In this document: positions 13,724 to 24,468 of the stretch, in pieces
Numbering within the stretch: the stretch's first letter is position 1
Layout of the letters: each line of letters opens with the position of its first letter
Source: Ramazzottius varieornatus
Taxonomy: Eukaryota; Animalia; Tardigrada
Reading direction: 5' to 3'
Length of the DNA stretch: 64,000 bases
Assembly (NCBI GenBank): GCA_001949185.1
Contig: BDGG01000013.1
Coordinates: forward strand, 627,130 to 691,129
Translations under genes and position numbers: made by a program
The notes under the pieces: model-generated
The model's input: the letters and a program-made list of their open reading frames with translations, nothing else
Databases searched by the model: none
What the model was told of the DNA's origin: nothing

Positions 13724-13878
13724 CGAGGGAAAAGTTGTAAAGTTGGGCAGCGTAGGCCGAGGTTGTAAAGGTAGCCGCATCTTATGAAGCTTGGGCGTTT
13801 TGATGGCCTATTCCTAATACTCGGTGGCTAACTTTACAACTCCAGTACCACCCCGCTAACATTATGACTTTTCCTTCG
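13724..13878. mobile_element. mariner-like MITE
   Basis: TA|CGAGGGAAAAGT...ACTTTTCCTTCG|TA inverted ends, with internal inverted GTTGTAAAG units. Confidence 0.75.
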
Positions 13879-14376
13879 TACGCACAACAACCCCTGTTAC
13901 ACGTACCCCAAAGCACCGCCTGAATCGCCACTCGGCCCATCGCCTCAACAAACGTTCCATCACCGGCGGTACAGCTTGATCTTCCTATGCATTTCGAGCC
14001 GACACCAGTTCATCTGGCTGCCTTTAACAAAGGTGCAAAAGATATTACGTACAGTATAAGGCGCTGCTATTGGATATTCGGAAGCGCAGCTTTCAGTAAC
14101 GGATTTTCTGTTAGTTACTTGCTTACTTCTTTGCGTTCATTCCCGAATGCGCGTTCACCGTCATAAGTCACCATGACTACCGCCTCATGCCACGAAAAAC
14201 TTTCTGCTTCCGGCTTATGCGAGTAAATTAAGCTGCTATATTCCTTTCATGTTGCTTTTGCCTGTGAACTGTTGTAAGTACAGTAGAAGATAGCCATATG
14301 TATCTCAGTTTGTACTACAATCTACTGCGGAAGTAAAATCGGAGAAATTAGGCGGGTGTACTCTGTGAACGTGTAG

Positions 14377-15677
14377 ATGGACACTTTGGTTCCATACCTG
14401 CTGACTTTATGTGTTGGACTCCCACAAATTGTCTGCTACTACTCCTCCCGAACTTGCGTCAATGGATTCTGCAAGACTCGGGCCTCCTATGGTAAGGTTA
14501 CTTTAGACAAAATAGAGTACACAAGTAGCCCGAACAACTTAACGCCGGACATCGATTTTTGCAGTTCGATTCTTTGACTTTGACGCAGTCCAACCACCCA
14601 ATCTGCCCACTGTAATCATTTATTGTTATTGATGTTTGATCGACCTCAGAAAGACCGTGGGAACGTTAGCGGTCTAGTCACAGCTTATCATTCGGAAGGA
14701 AGATTGAAGCGAGCAGAAAATGGTACACGCACGGAAGAGAAGTTTGGGTCAGACGATTCCGAAACAGCGGAGCGAAGTACGTACGTACTTGTGTAATTCA
14801 TACCCATGCACTTTTCGGCAGTTTTCTACCATTGAACTTTCAGTTTGCCGTCTTTCCGTTTGGCCCAAACTTTCTTTTCCTGCGTGTACGTAGCAAGGAA
14901 TTCCCAGATCGGCGCAGGAGGAACCAGATCTAAATTTATGAGTGAAATAAAAAAGTTTCTTTGTCGACGCACAGTCGAACTTTGACCTCTGTGTCATGCC
15001 ATCTGCTGTAGTCTCTGACGTGGTCTCTTTACATCTTTTCTTGGTATGAGATCCGCCATTAGAGATAGTAATGTGCGGTAGTTTTCTCTTTCCTGGATCT
15101 CCGAGCCACTGTGCGTCTATACTCTCTTCTAGAACATTGACTGCTCCACTTCTTCGATACCCCAGTCTACGAAGTCTTTGTCGGTCCCCTGATCGGCCAC
15201 AGCTAGTAGAGCATTTTTCCCCGCCACCTCAACATACCGACCTTCTCATCACTCTCTACGTAACACACATTCTTGTTCTCTGTTACAGGAGGTGGTAGGG
15301 ACAGTGGTGGAGGAATGTATGTAGGCATAGGAATAGCATGTGTTGTTGCAGCCATCATCATCACTGTAGCGTTGACCATCTTCTGCCGGAGAAGCCGGCG
15401 CAGGCGTTTCGTGCACAATGGCGGAATTCAGGGAATGGGCGGTTATCCCGGTGGTGCCATGCCCTATGGAGGAGCACCCTATGGTACAGCGTATGGTCAG
15501 CCCCTACCCATGCCCATGCCCCACGCTCAACCCTACGCCCAACCTGTGCAACCAAGTCAGGATACCCCGGCGAAGTTCCCTCGTATGTGTATCCGAAAGC
15601 ACCAGGATGATGGTGTATTTAAGTGTTCATACCGAAGGGTCTCTTGTGCCAACTTGTTCTTACTGATCATGAATTAA
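14377..15677 (+). CDS. Small type-I membrane protein with Cys-containing mini-ectodomain and Gly/Tyr/Pro/Gln tail (Shisa/WBP1-like architecture), array member 4
   Basis: Exon 14377-14491 (signal peptide plus RTCVNGFC), phase-1 intron 14492-15288, TM GMYVGIGIACVVAAIIITVALTIFC, then RRSRRRR and GYPGGAMPYGGAPYG. The 3' end may be spliced at 15583. Confidence 0.75.
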
Positions 15678-15865
15678 AAGAAACTGCAGTGGAATGTTTT
15701 AGCAGTATTGCGCCCCCTTCTGGTTATCCTCGTACTCCCTAATTCACCACTCATTTTCTAGCAGTCTTTCCTGCCCTGTGTTGCTACTAAAATTCGCGCA
15801 GGAATTCCAGCCCGTTGCGCCGTTGCCCAGCCAAACTCGGCCTGCTGTTGGAAGATACATACGTG

Positions 15866-16291
15866 ATGTGCTACGGCTATAGTTGAGAGTATGAGTACAA
15901 TCAGTACTATGTGGGTTCAGACGGAAACTTATACCGTAGAACTACTATCAGTAAGCTATGCCAGGCATTTGCGGTGATGTCCGGACCGAACGTTTTCGCA
16001 GGGACTGATCTTCTACTGTTACAGGCGGAGGAGGCATTGCTAGAATCGTCAGCGGCTCACTCATCCTGTTAGCATCTTCCTATTATCCTCTATTATTGCA
16101 CCAAGCAGAAACGACTACACAAACAGATGGCCGGTAACGCCATGATTTTCAACCAGCAACTAGCAGCAAACCAGCAGCCGCTGCCGGGATATTACGCCCC
16201 TCAGCTTGCACCTTCCTATGTTCAGCAGCCAATGTACGGCCCACCAGCACCACCTCCATATGGACCACCACCCGGACCAATCTACAGATAG
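15866..16291 (+). pseudogene. Array member 5: frameshifted copy with a PPPY-motif tail (not in the ORF track)
   Basis: In-frame TGA in exon 1. Phase-1 intron ending 16024. TM GGGIARIVSGSLILLA / IILYYC is split by a frameshift near 16080. Tail is KQKRLHKQMAG...LPGYYAPQ...PMYGPPAPPPYGPPPGPIYR*. Confidence 0.65.
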
Positions 16292-16584
16292 CTATGCCCC
16301 GTAATCGCACTACCCATATTTAGCTTCGGTTTAGCTGTTGACACTCCAGCTTTTGTCGACACTGCATGGTTACGACCATTACCATGTCAACTGTTTTTGA
16401 TTTGCGAGGAAGAGAACAAGGCTGTACTTTGAGTTTTCTCTTCGAAGTACTCCATCGGTCTTCCAGGACTTCTGCAATAGATAATGGTCCCCAAAAACTT
16501 GTGATAAATTCTGTTCTAATGATTGGGCTACTGATCTTCTTTACTCTGTAATACCCCGAAAACAAGCGAATTGTAAGACCCTGG

Positions 16585-16836
16585 TTGAATGAAATGGCGG
16601 ATATGAGCTTACCCATCATAATTTTTGGATGTATTGTTGGAGGCATCATCCTGATTGGTGTGGTCACTAGCTGTATAATCTGTTGGATTATCCGCAGAAA
16701 CGAAAACAAAAATCAGTTGTTGATGAGTCAAACTGGACAGTATGCACTGTATGCCCAACACAGGACGCCATACGCCGGACCATATCCTGCCCGACCGCAA
16801 GCAATGCCATCCGCCATTTACCCGACGCCAGGCTGA
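16585..16836 (+). CDS. Small type-I membrane protein, array member 6 (TM and tail exon)
   Basis: TM LPIIIFGCIVGGIILIGVVTSCIICWII, then RR and a Tyr/Pro tail TPYAGPYPARPQAMPSAIYPTPG. Confidence 0.6.
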   Translation: MNEMADMSLPIIIFGCIVGGIILIGVVTSCIICWIIRRNENKNQLLMSQTGQYALYAQHRTPYAGPYPARPQAMPSAIYPTPG

Positions 16837-17612
16837 GCATGAACTACTACCGGTACCTGGTCTACTGTGAACACTTTTGTTCCCTTTTGAAACATGATAC
16901 TGAGTGAGCAATATGTGGAAGCATTGTTATGGCGTTGCTGGTCCTCGGTCCGTGGCCACCGCGTGTATCTGATTGTCGTTATTGTTTTGGTCAGTACACG
17001 CGTGAGAATTTCCGATCGCGATAAAAAGGAATGGATGTTCTTGTTGTCGAAGTTTCTCAAATTGCTGTTCCGTTATGACTGGTCTGACCGACTGGCCCAC
17101 ACCAACAGCTGCGCTTGCTGTCGCCGTATTCCGCGTGTCTCACTCTTGCTCTGGCGTCCAGTTTGACCCATGCAAGCACAACAGGTAATAAAGATAGTCT
17201 TCTAAAGTTCAACTGGCCAGCTAAGCATTTACTCCTTAATTGGTCGTCGTTTTCAGTGCCGCACACGGCTTACCGTAGATGTTGAAAGAAACACTAAATT
17301 CTGCGCATTGCTCGGTCGTCACTATGCCAACTGGACGAAATCACTCTTTCCAGAGCACCTTTCAATATCGATGTACTGCGGTTGTCTGCCATTACCCACT
17401 TAGTCACCTTTTTTGCAGTATTACGCCCAAGTTTTATTTGTACTATCAGCTGCGTTCTTCTGTACTAAATTCTCTACCGCCAAGAACCCGACTGTCGGCC
17501 CTCACGATGGTGATTTACGACATCAGTGAGTTGTTGGCCCAATCTATCACTTTATTGTCGAAATTTCCCTACACTGGTCACGCAGATGAAATTCCTTTGC
17601 TCATTTTGCCAG

Positions 17613-17731
17613 GTCCCTCCGTTGTGCTTGGGATTGTTATGGGGTGTATTATCGGAACGCTGCTATTAGCTGGTGTGGTAACATACACGTTGCTTCAGAT
17701 TCACCGCCGGAGACAGGTTTCCATAACGTAA
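17613..17731 (+). CDS. Array member 7 (TM exon, truncated tail; possibly pseudogene)
   Basis: Phase-1 acceptor at 17612. Encodes GPSVVLGIVMGCIIGTLLLAGVVTYTLL then RRR, with an early stop. Confidence 0.5.
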
Positions 17732-18004
17732 AGGAAAGTGGTCGCCCAATCATGGAAGGAGGTCTGACGACTCCGTGCCCAGTCACTGATTCCACAACCT
17801 ATCGATCCTCTCCCGTTTGCTGCGAGTCACTATGACGACATCCCCATTGCAGTCCTTTACAGAACGGACCCATCCCTGCGATAAAAGGTGAAGTTTGTAA
17901 GAGTTTAGGGTGCCGTTTCTGGAATATTTCGGACTGTTTATGCGCTGTGTGATTGTCAACTACATCGTCGCCAATGACCACCAGCTGATATGTCACTGTA
18001 GTAG

Positions 18005-18649
18005 GGACTGGGATTTGTTTTTGTAATACTCATTGCTACTGTGGACCATCCATCATTTCCTCAGCAGTGCTTCGGGATCGTTATACCGTCTTCTACACCA
18101 ATCATGAGCACTCGACCCACCGAAGCCACCATTGGCGTAGTCACGGATCCACCCGCACCGGATACCCCGCCCGTCACCGAGAGCACTACCGTTAATATAA
18201 CATCGACCTTATCGAGCATAGCGACACCTACAGAAAAACCTGACAGTAGGCTTCGCATAAATAAAAATGTACTCAACAACACGGCGATGACGCGCATGTA
18301 GTTTTATCGACGGGTACATTTTTGTATTGATACATAGGTACCCACAGCACAGAATTGTACTTTTTCCTCGGTCTGTTTGTTTGTAGATAATGCCGAAATC
18401 AACTGGATAATAATAGGATCCGTCATGGCCATAGTTCTAGTATCGTTCGCCATCGCCATGTTTTGTGTCATATCAAGGAGAAGGAAAGAAAGGTCAGCTA
18501 AGCAAAACAGAGCAGGTGGCTTCTTCCCTGGCAGCAGCAGACCATCGGCTGGTGGGACATCGGGTCACAGAATCGGCGCTGGCGGTGGCAGAGTAACGGG
18601 CGAACCGGGCCAGATGCCTCAGCACGCTGTCAAAGGCATACCCGGCTAA
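18005..18649 (+). CDS. Mucin-stalk type-I membrane protein, array member 8
   Basis: Hydrophobic leader GLGFVFVILIA, S/T/P-rich stalk, phase-1 intron 18246-18386, TM WIIIGSVMAIVLVSFAIAMFCVI, then RRRK and a Gly-rich tail. Confidence 0.65.
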
Positions 18650-19025
18650 TCGCTTGTCGACTCTACTCTGCTCGACGTTCAGCGCTTTCATCACCCAGCT
18701 AAGACTGTTGCTCGAATACTTGCCGATCTTCTCTGTAAGTTGATTTGGTGACCCACTTACTTTGTACTCAACGCTTTCATGTACTCTCCTGATCAAGCCT
18801 TCAAGTCAAGACAAAAGAGCTGGTGACATACAGGTTCAGACCATTCCTTAATTCTCCTTTTTTTCTGTGCAGTAGGGTATTGGAATTACATGTCTAGCAT
18901 CAAAATTTCATATTCTGTCAGAATAAATTGTGTTTGCTTCGAAAGTACCGTTTGCCACACTAGACTTGCTAACAGCAACAACAATAACGCGGAAATGCTT
19001 CCAGGCATTCTTACATCACAACTTT

Positions 19026-19952
19026 CTACTGCTTCTCGTGGGTCTTGTGCACTGCTCGTCGCGGAGCTGGTTTCACGTTGTGCGAGTTGGAGTTAACCCC
19101 GACGACGTTCTTTCGCTTGGGGGCAGCAGCCACGACAGGCTTGTGAAGATTGCTGCCTTTGACCACTTTTCGTTCCTGCGCTCGCTGGTTAGAGCTCCTG
19201 ACGATGGCACCAGCATGCCTAGCACCAGCGTGCTTGGCACTAGCATTTTTCGACTGGCTCTGCGCAGTCTTCTTAACAGCAGTGCGCTGCACAGCCGAAG
19301 CGCTGGCTCCGGAATAGGTATCTAATCCAGTCCCGTTGCCCATAATCTGTGACTGGCCATTTCCCACCACGGAGGTGTTGTTGCCGGTGGAGCTGGCCTG
19401 ATCGAGATTCATGACGGAGCCCTGGGTTGCCGTCCCTGAGCTTCCTGCGTAACTGTCGGCGATGACGTTGGGGTTGGACATCTGGGTATTGTTCCTCACT
19501 GGAGTACCCATGTTCATGTTGTTGGAGTTGGTGGCTGAGGACGAAGCACTGGAGACAATGTAGGCGCCCTCTCCGGTGGCGTTGTTCTGGGTGACGGCGT
19601 TGGAAAAGAATCCGCCGTTCTGGTTATGGCCGGCTTGAGCGACGTTGCCAAGGTTGACGGTACCCGATGGGACATTACCGTTACTCAGTGCGTCGGCGTA
19701 CGCTCCCGGAGGATACTCTGTGCTGCTTCCCATGTCTGGCTGGCCGGTGTACTGACACGCCACGCAGTTTCCTTGATAGTCGTAGCAGCATTGCGCTCGC
19801 GCTGTGGAAGATCAAGATGCAGAAATTAGTCAAACCAACCGTTCGGGAAGGGTACGAGAACAGCATAGAATGGTGGTCGAATGTCCCATGATCTCACCTG
19901 AGCTGAACAGAGCGAGGAGTCCAACGGACAAAATCGAGGCTCTCAAAAACAT
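19026..19952 (-). CDS. Secreted N/G/S/A-rich protein, paralog A (276 aa)
   Basis: Exon 19952-19898 (signal peptide MFLRASILSVGLLALFSSA), phase-1 intron 19897-19802, exon 19801-19026. CCYDYQGNCVAC head, beta-meander-like core, K/R-rich tail. Confidence 0.85.
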
Positions 19953-20441
19953 TTTTCAGTACGGTGCTTCTGTCCAATTGGAAAACTTTCAACGTTGTTG
20001 CTGGAACTGCGACAGATCGTTGAAAAAGGTAACCGTGTGGATTGGTGACCAGGACAGCCATTTTATACTTTTTCCTGTTTCGTTTCTTGGCTCAGTCTTG
20101 TTCCTGGTGGGACGGAAGAACAGGACTGACAATAACACATTGTGCTTGGAGTACAGTGAAGTGCTAATCATTACCTGCGAGAAATTCGTACCATTATTGC
20201 GGAAGCATCGGCGAGACTCAATGTCAAAAACCTTACGTAAGTTGTAAAAATCCAAGTTCATGGTCGATGGTAGACTCCACTCATTCATGGTGTAATCCAA
20301 ATATCTGACGTTGTGCAGACTCACTGCAGTGACCGAGTACTTCACAGACGTCAGACAGTCACGGAGAAACTGCACCGTACACAAAGTCATGTACAGTGAG
20401 GGAAGTACTGCGGTGCAGTAATGTATAGCCAATAGAAATGG

Positions 20442-20654
20442 CTAAAAACGCCGCCGTGCTTGCCGCGATTGCACGTACGTGGTCCGTATCAAACGAGTGT
20501 TGTACGACGGCGTGCGTTTCTGTGCAAGCAGGCACATGCGGACATGGGTTCGCGTACGACGTCGTTTGTTTTCACTCTGGCACGTGGTGCAACACGAATA
20601 CTGCGCGGAGCACGTGGCCAGAAGGAGAACGGAAATTGCCTGAAGGCGAAACAT
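20442..20654 (-). CDS. Putative small secreted Cys/Arg-rich peptide, or degenerate fourth paralog
   Basis: Signal peptide MFRLQAISVLLLATCSA followed by QYSCCTTCQ and an Arg-rich tail. Same strand as, and between, paralogs A and B. Confidence 0.4.
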   Translation of the reverse strand: MFRLQAISVLLLATCSAQYSCCTTCQSENKRRRTRTHVRMCLLAQKRTPSYNTRLIRTTYVQSRQARRRF

Positions 20655-20903
20655 TTTTGCTGGCTTGCGTCCAGTCACTGGCGGTCAGTCAGTAGGGTTT
20701 GTATTTCGTCTCGGTGGTGAGTCGTGCAGCGTGCAGTCACGTCATGGTTTGATTGTCAATCAACGCAGGCAAGGACCAAAAGTTTGCCTCTACAGTAATG
20801 TGTCAACAAAGGCTAATTAAACCTGCAAAGCGGTTCTTTCTTCATTCAGCTGCCATACTCTACTTCCTGTGAGCGGTGTCTGTACTAACTTATCGCCCCA
20901 ACT

Positions 20904-21149
20904 CAGCGGTGGCCCTGCACACAAGACTTTGTGGACAGAAAACATTTTGTTGTATACGTCGCCTATGACGTTACGATCAGCTGATCGCTAACTCGGCTGA
21001 TTTAAGCGAACCCGACTCTTCTTACAAGACGGCTTCATGGGTGCAACGTACGTAAACGGCAAATGTTACGGATCGGCTCATGACGTAAGGGCCGACATTG
21101 ACATTCCCCAACTGTTTTCCACAAAGTCCTGTTTGCCGGGGCACCGCTG
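20904..21149. mobile_element. hAT-superfamily MITE (246 bp)
   Basis: Imperfect ~30-bp TIRs starting CAGCGGTG. Exact 8-bp TSD CCCCAACT at 20896-20903 and 21150-21157. Confidence 0.9.
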
Positions 21150-21451
21150 CCCCAACTTAGCACAGAGCAAACTCTGATGTCCGGAACCGTATTTACTGAA
21201 CCACGAATAAGTGCGGCGACGTTCTCGAAACTAAAGGTTACTCAAAAATATGCTATCTCTTTGTAATATTATTCGCATGTCTCATCTGACTTGATTGCCG
21301 GACTGGATCAAATCCAGAACAAACACTACCACTTACGTGATTTATCTATTGGTAAGTACTGCGTAAAGCAGAAAGATCAATCGTTCACATATTCAAAAGC
21401 AAAATGAAGTAGCGGCATTTTCCCGGATGGAGAAACTGGCATCACTCGCTG

Positions 21452-22246
21452 TTAATTGTGATGATGAATTCCGCGACGGGGAGCAACGCCGCTCTTTTTG
21501 GTACCGGCGTTCGCTTTCTTTTGAAGCTTGCGTGGAGCCTGTGGTGGGCCACGACCGCGCTGGACGACCGTGATGATCTTCTTGTTCTTCTGGGAAGACC
21601 TGAGCATCTTCATAGATCGCTGCTCGTTGGCATTTGCGTTGGCGTAAGAGTTACCGGAGACCGAAGTGCCGTTGCCATAAAACTGCGACTGCCCGTTGGC
21701 CATTGACGACGTCATGTTACCTGTGGCCGTAGCTTGGTCCAGATTGTTCACCGCACCCAGAGCAGCATTCCCAAAGCTGTTGGCACCAGCGGTATTCGAT
21801 ACGACTGGGTTCGAGGTGTTGGTGTTGGTGGATGAGACTTGGACGTTGGAGTTAACGGCTGCGGAGGGACCGCTGGCGTTGTTCTGCGATACACCGTTAG
21901 CGTGGAAACCGACCGTTAGGTTGTAACCGGCTACAGCAGCGTTCCCCAGGTTCAGTGCGCCCGATGGATTGCTACCGGAGCTACCTGCATAAGCTGAGGC
22001 TTGACCGGGAGGTGGGAAACTGGTGCTGGTCTTTGGGTAGCAGTAGTAATCTGCTGGACACGTACCAAAGTAGCAGCAGTCTAAGAAACCTTGGGAAGGA
22101 GTGGTCGACTGAGCGCAAGCTGAAAGAGAACTCAATGTAACGACTGGAACATATGGTAGACCTCGAAAAAGCCAGGCTCATCTGCGTAAACTTTTACCTG
22201 AAGCGACCATGACTAGGAGCAGAACAGTTACTTTCTGAAACGACAT
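21452..22246 (-). CDS. Secreted N/G/S/A-rich protein, paralog B (238 aa)
   Basis: Exon 22246-22198 (MSFQKVTVLLLVMVAS), phase-1 intron 22197-22120, exon 22119-21452. CCYFGTCPADYYC head. The core aligns with paralog A (NLGN, QNNA-G, NLDQA--TGN, NGQSQ--GNGT). Basic tail. Confidence 0.85.
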
Positions 22247-23425
22247 GGTTGGTAGAACGCTTGAACACAAACACCTTCAACCCCAACTCAAAAAGAAAAC
22301 CAGAAAATCTCCAGCTACCTACGTGGTCTTATTCACCGTCCGGCATTTTATACGCACTGGGGACAGTTAGGAACTTTCCACAAGCAGATAACTCTTGATG
22401 TATTACTGTTGATTTTATTTAGGCTCTAGAAAACTGGCAATATTGACTGCTTAAATCACGTGCGCGACATTTTCGGAGAAGCTTCTCGCATCAAACAGTA
22501 AAAAAGTTACGTAACTTGCATTCCAGCAAACGCTAAGTAGATCACCTGGGATGAAGATAGCATCGCTAACCGGCTCCTGTATATACTACCAGTAGCAATC
22601 GGATCACCAGCGGTGATTAATTTCGATAATTTTATGGTTTAGCAGTCGCCTAACGATCTACTGTAGTTGGCACAAAATGGTCATGTTACATAATCAGCGA
22701 AGCCCAGAGAACTCACGGGCTGGTAGAAGCCGAGCCGGATTGTGCTTACCGGTAATCGAACATTCAATCAAGTACAGGATTTGTGACCGATGGCCGGTCC
22801 TGTTGACGAATCACCTGCATAGCTCTGCAAAGGTGTCCTCTAGATGCACATCCACTATGTACAGTGTTGTTTTACAGTGTTTCGATGTTCGTACGAACGA
22901 ACCTGTGGACATCTCTTCGAACTCTGCTGAGATATTTTCAGCTGCTTTGGTTTATGCTTCTTGGTTTTTATTCAGTTTACATTTTTCTCAAAGCGATCAA
23001 TTACATGTGAATTTTAACCTCTATATGGGTATCGACAGCCCAGTTTTAGAGGTACCTTTTTTGGCTCCATCAACTCTTTTTCGACCTAGAGTTGTTAGTA
23101 ATATTCAGGGACAAGAGTTCCCCCGATGTTCCGACATCACACACCGTTCTCAGGTCAAGTGTGCTCTTGAGGTCCCAAATTGCTGCAGATTCAAACTTTT
23201 GAGTAGCAGTGGCATTCGCAAGACTACAACAAGCGATCTGCCAATAAACCAATAAAAAATGTGCACGTACACGGATGCATTTGTCAGTTGTAGCTGCAAA
23301 GTGTGATTGCAATACATGTGCAGCGGCAGTCAGCTAGTCCACTATGAACGAGGCGAAGGTCATATAAAATTAACGCGAAAGCAACGATTAAGTCATTCAG
23401 CCACCGAATACACTGGTGAAACTTA

Positions 23426-24468
23426 TTAAACGCGCCTGTGCAATTTTCTGCCCATCGGATGAACTACAGCCGTTTTCTGGGTACGTCGCCGCAAATCCGA
23501 ACTTCTGTCGGATGTGTGCGCTGTATCCGATTTGGTTGATTCCTTCCTCGTTGATAAGGTTTTTAAATGCCGGTGTACAACTCCCGTCTTCTTCACACCA
23601 GAGCCACCGGCGCGGGCTTTTTCAGAGCTCACAACTGTTGTGTTCTTCGCCAGGTAGACAAGTTTACTGGGAAAAACATGAGTCGGATGATTTGCAGCCG
23701 AACCGGAGAAACGGGAAGTATTCGGGTTGTTCAGAGCTTGCATCAAGTCGTTGAAGATGCTACCGATAGACGGGATATTAAGTATTCCGATCTCAGATAT
23801 GTTACCGCCAGAAGATCCGCTAGCCGATACGGAAGACTGTACAGACGGTGAAGAACCGCTGACGTTGTTGATCGAGCTGGCATTAGCATGAGAGCCGCTC
23901 TGAGCGGTCCACCCCGACTCAACCAGGTTGAGCATATTGCTTCCCCCTGCCGAGTTGTTGCCGGCACTGAATGCAAGTGCTTCAATGCCCGGAAGACTGT
24001 CAGGACCGGTGACGGAAATGGAGCAGTTGACCTGGCTGCTGAAGTTTGGGTTACCCATGGATGGCGGGAAACACGGAAACATCCTTTGCGATGTTCGAGC
24101 TGGAAAGATGCGGTACACGTACGATGAGAAATTTTGGGAGAGGCGGAAAGGACGGCAAAATGAGAATACAACCGTACACATGTGTTGAAAAGTCGCTTTG
24201 AGTGAATCAGTTACGTAATTACGTGCTTCCTGGCCGCCGTAACGAAAACGCCTGTCCCGGAGTGTTGATTGTCCCATAATTTCTCAGCGTGCGTGTACAA
24301 CACATGAGGCAGCGAAAAACTCAATCCTGAAATCTGGATCGGCATTCTAACTATTCTGCGGCACGCGACTAAAGGACGTTGTACGGCTAGTTCTTGAGTT
24401 ACTTTACCGTCGTTGAGGTCTACGGCAAAACAGACCATTAGGATCGACATCCACGTCCAGTGCATCAT
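23426..24468 (-). CDS. Secreted N/G/S/A-rich protein, paralog C (244 aa, more diverged)
   Basis: Exon 24468-24408 (MMHWTWMSILMVCFAVDLND), phase-1 intron 24407-24100 containing a MITE, exon 24099-23426. The first half of the core is homologous to A and B. Basic tail. Confidence 0.75.
24116..24295. mobile_element. TA-flanked MITE (same family as 45806-46002), intronic
   Basis: TA|CACGTACGATGAGAAATTTTGGGA...TCCCATAATTTCTCAGCGTGCGTG|TA. Confidence 0.8.

Noticed and set aside
24100-24277. N-terminal part of the 283-aa ORF 23426-24277
   Set aside because: It lies in an intron and MITE; the real start is the signal-peptide exon at 24468.
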